Shown: piece by piece, positions 61,001 through 64,000 of the stretch
Layout of the letters: each line of letters starts with the position of its first letter
How positions within the stretch are numbered: position 1 is the first letter of the stretch
Translations under genes and position numbers: made by a program
Notes under the pieces: generated by a model
Told to the model about the DNA's origin: nothing
Seen by the model: the letters and a program-made list of their open reading frames with translations, nothing else
Databases searched by the model: none
Assembly (NCBI GenBank): GCA_964016885.1
Contig: OZ024744.1
Coordinates: forward strand, 118,296,001-118,360,000
DNA length: 64,000 nucleotides
Direction: 5' to 3'
DNA from: Eledone cirrhosa
Taxonomy: Eukaryota

Positions 61001-61690
61001 AGCCGTCACAATGTTGTCCAACGTGACCATTTAGGTCGCCAGCAATAATTATATAGTCACTGTCGGTTATTTGGGAAGTAGTGAGCATCAGTGTCTCATA
61101 GAATCTGTCTTTTATAGCACCAGGCAGTCCGGATTGGGGTGCGTACGCAGATATTACTGTCACAGTAGTTCTATTTAGAACAAGTCTTATTTTAATTATT
61201 CTGTCGTTCACTCTATTTACGTCTATTATCTTATCCACCCATTTTTCTGCTAACATGATTCCTACCCCACCCACCCAGCCCATTGTCATTTCCCACCCAG
61301 AAAAGCTCATAGCATTGTTTTTTACCCACAATGAATCTAGCAGACCCTCCTCTCCACCTGGTCTCTTGGATACAGCAAACATCAACCTCCTTACGTTCAA
61401 GCATTTCTACAACCTCATTAGAGAAACCTTTTAAGGTGCCTACATTCATGGTACCAACTCTGAAGTTTTGGATTGCGTTTGGCGGGGAGGGGGGAGGGGG
61501 TTGGGTTTATGTTGGCCATCCGCGGCCAAAACAAAGAGGAGGAGTCCTTGCCTTTTCGTCCGACAGCATGAGGTGAATTTGTCGTTATCTTTGGCATTGT
61601 CACTGAGTGTCCAGATTCTTCAGACTCTCCAGAATTCCTTAGTCCATCCATCATATCGAAAAGCAACCAGAAGTGATAGCATAGGCCGCT
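58061..61690 (-). mobile_element. Near full-length, frameshifted RTE LINE
   Basis: ORF pieces 61449-61231, 61400-60741, 60546-59977 and 59650-58454 are collinear with the intact ORF; (GAT)n tail; 5' limit approximate. Confidence 0.95.
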
Positions 61691-62183
61691 GACTTATGAT
61701 TGGTCCAAATAATAATGGTGGAGAGTGGGGGCGAGTGGGAGGGGTATGGGGTAGTTAGCAAGGAGAAGGTTTTAAGTAAAGCATATAACAGTAATAAGTG
61801 ATATACTGGGATTTTAAAATACACAAGATTATTTAGACCAACCAGACAGAATTATAGAATAGCATTGAGAAAGCAGGATTGGATTCTGGGCGATTATACA
61901 GATATATGGATGAATGAACCGAAGGATGGGGAGAAGAAGAAAATGGTATTTTTACATTACACTTCGTAGAAGTGCACTGACCATTAATAAGAGTTGACAA
62001 ATTCTGAAATTCGTACCTCGTAACAGGTTTATTTGGGGGTAGAGATTAAGAGGGACGAGGGAGGCCATTTTTATGAATCCTGGAAAATTTCGGCCAAAAT
62101 TAAAATTAAGCGAGGAGAAGGTTTTAAATAAAGCATATAACAGTAATAAGCGATATACTAGGATTTTAAAATACACAAGATTT

Positions 62184-62220
<37 letters not shown>

Positions 62221-62751
62221 TGTTTATGTATATATTTTTAGCTGTACATAATTCTCCTAAATAATGTTTGTAACTTTGCTTGTGGTTGTCTTAAAATTCA
62301 AAATCATTTAGCCTCCAACAAGGTTGCATTGCGTAGGAGGTTTGTCGGGGCTTTTAATGATAGGACCACAATTCTTTCATAAAAACTACGTGAAATGAAG
62401 TGTCTTGCCCAAGAACACAACATACTGCCAGTTTCAGGTACTGAATATACAACCTCCTTTTTTATCATGTGTACAACACTCCACAGTCAGGTCACTTTTC
62501 TGTCTGCTACTTGAACCTGCTTTGTGGTCGAGTGGTTGGGGACTAAACTGGCTTTCCCACCAGAACCTGGTCTAGTGAAAAGAGTACGTGGAACCACAGC
62601 AGCAATTTTTAAGCTGTTAAAAGGGTAGATGAACTCCTCAGAGTCAACAGCTATCCACCCCAACTAAGGGTTAAATAACCTCACCGTCCCACAATTGGCC
62701 AAGTGTGGTGAGTACAGCTACACCCCTGACATGACCAAAACCAAACAGAAA

Positions 62752-63023
62752 GAGGTGGAGGTCAACCAGGGAGGGGTTCCTCCAACAGGAGTGACAAGAT
62801 CTTAGATTAGATGGAGGTCAACCAGGGAGGGGTTCCTCCAACAGGAGGGACAAGGTCCTGGATTAGATGGAGGTCAACCAGGGAAGGGTTCCTCCAACAG
62901 GAGTGACAAGGTCCTGGATTAGATGGAAGTCAACCAGGGAGGGGTTCCTCCAACAGGAGGAACAAGGTCTTAGATTAGATGGAGGTCAACCAGGGAGGGG
63001 TTCCTCCAACAGGAGTGACAAGG
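62752..63023 (+). repeat. ~57-bp minisatellite, about 5 units
   Basis: GATGGAGGTCAACCAGGGAGGGGTTCCTCCAACAGGAGTGACAAGGTCCTGGATTA. Confidence 0.95.
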
Positions 63024-63770
63024 CCACATACCATCCAATAGGATCATAGATATCACAGGAACATGTTTTTACACCTGAAACAAACATTGACAAATGTTAT
63101 GAAGTCGCCACACCTGAAAGATTGAAACTACAGGTAACATCATCTAATGAGTATTGGGATTACAACTGGTTGCTTGGCAATGTGGGAATGACATATATAT
63201 TTCACACACTGAGAAGACACTTTGTTTCTGTAAATTAAGGTATATCATAATCTATAAAGCTCAGTGTGTGGTCATGCTCCTTTCTTATAGAAATCTACGA
63301 TATAGAATTTCTTCAATTGAAATTTACAATTCACTATTCGAAATAGTTTCAATTGTGTCTTGGCACATCTCATTTTTTCAATTCCACCCACAATTACGCA
63401 AAAAATAGATAAAACTCAATATTTTACGATTTTTCTCTGTCATTTAAACTGCTAAACTCTTTCCACTACCATTCAAAATACAACTTCATACTTTCTGCTA
63501 CTTTCTCTTTCCAAGCTTGATGGTGATACTGTCTGTTTTACTCTCTCATATCATCTGCTTACCTATATCTATAACCCACACATTTTGCTACTTTCTCTTT
63601 TATACTTCAAATTATTACATTTCATACGAAACGACAATTATTCAAAAGCAACAGATACATTTATTCAACAAGCGATAAATCTTTTTTAAAACCTCTTTTC
63701 CAAACACATACAAACACACTCACTTCAACAACAACAACAATCTGCCTTTTATAGATAATGATAAACAATA

Positions 63771-64000
63771 ATATCCTCTATGAGGTCACTAAACCTGCTA
63801 GAAACAGCAGCTAACTCTCCCCCATACCACACCCCTCCCTACTGTCTTAAATTTAGAAAACATATCTTCTATGAGGTCACTAAACCTGCTAGAAACAGCA
63901 GCTAACTCTCCCCCATATCACACCACTCCGTACTGTCTTAAATTTAGAAAACACATATCCTCTATGAGGTTACTAAACCTGCTAGAAACAGCAGCTAACT
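63771..64000 (+). repeat. ~91-bp tandem repeat running off the window
   Basis: ATATCCTCTATGAGGTCACTAAACCTGCTAGAAACAGCAGCTAACT recurs 3 times. Confidence 0.92.

Overview
Eukaryotic, AT- and microsatellite-rich animal genomic DNA. It is most likely a coleoid cephalopod such as Octopus; this is inferred from the repeat landscape and not proven. The only host coding sequence I can support is the first coding exon of a Smaug/SAMD4 gene (minus strand, 11349-11556). Its downstream intron holds a 7.5-kb 25/27-bp satellite with higher-order structure. The rest is nested transposable elements, mostly sitting in (TA)n tracts. These include an intact 1039-aa RTE-clade LINE ORF with a PHD-type finger inside the RT, many decayed RTE copies, and tRNA-derived SINEs carrying RTE tails. 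There are also two Penelope-like elements (one with the CxCx5C linker of the Hydra clade), a decayed autonomous Helitron split in its Walker B motif by a Chapaev3-type DNA transposon, and four non-autonomous Helitrons. The most striking hidden layer is a dense set of type-I hammerhead ribozyme motifs: about 8 unrelated families and over 15 copies. They include a recurrent non-canonical CAGAAGA-core variant with stem covariation, and several families share a downstream TTGAGYRCT motif. All calls were made by eye; element boundaries inside microsatellites are approximate.
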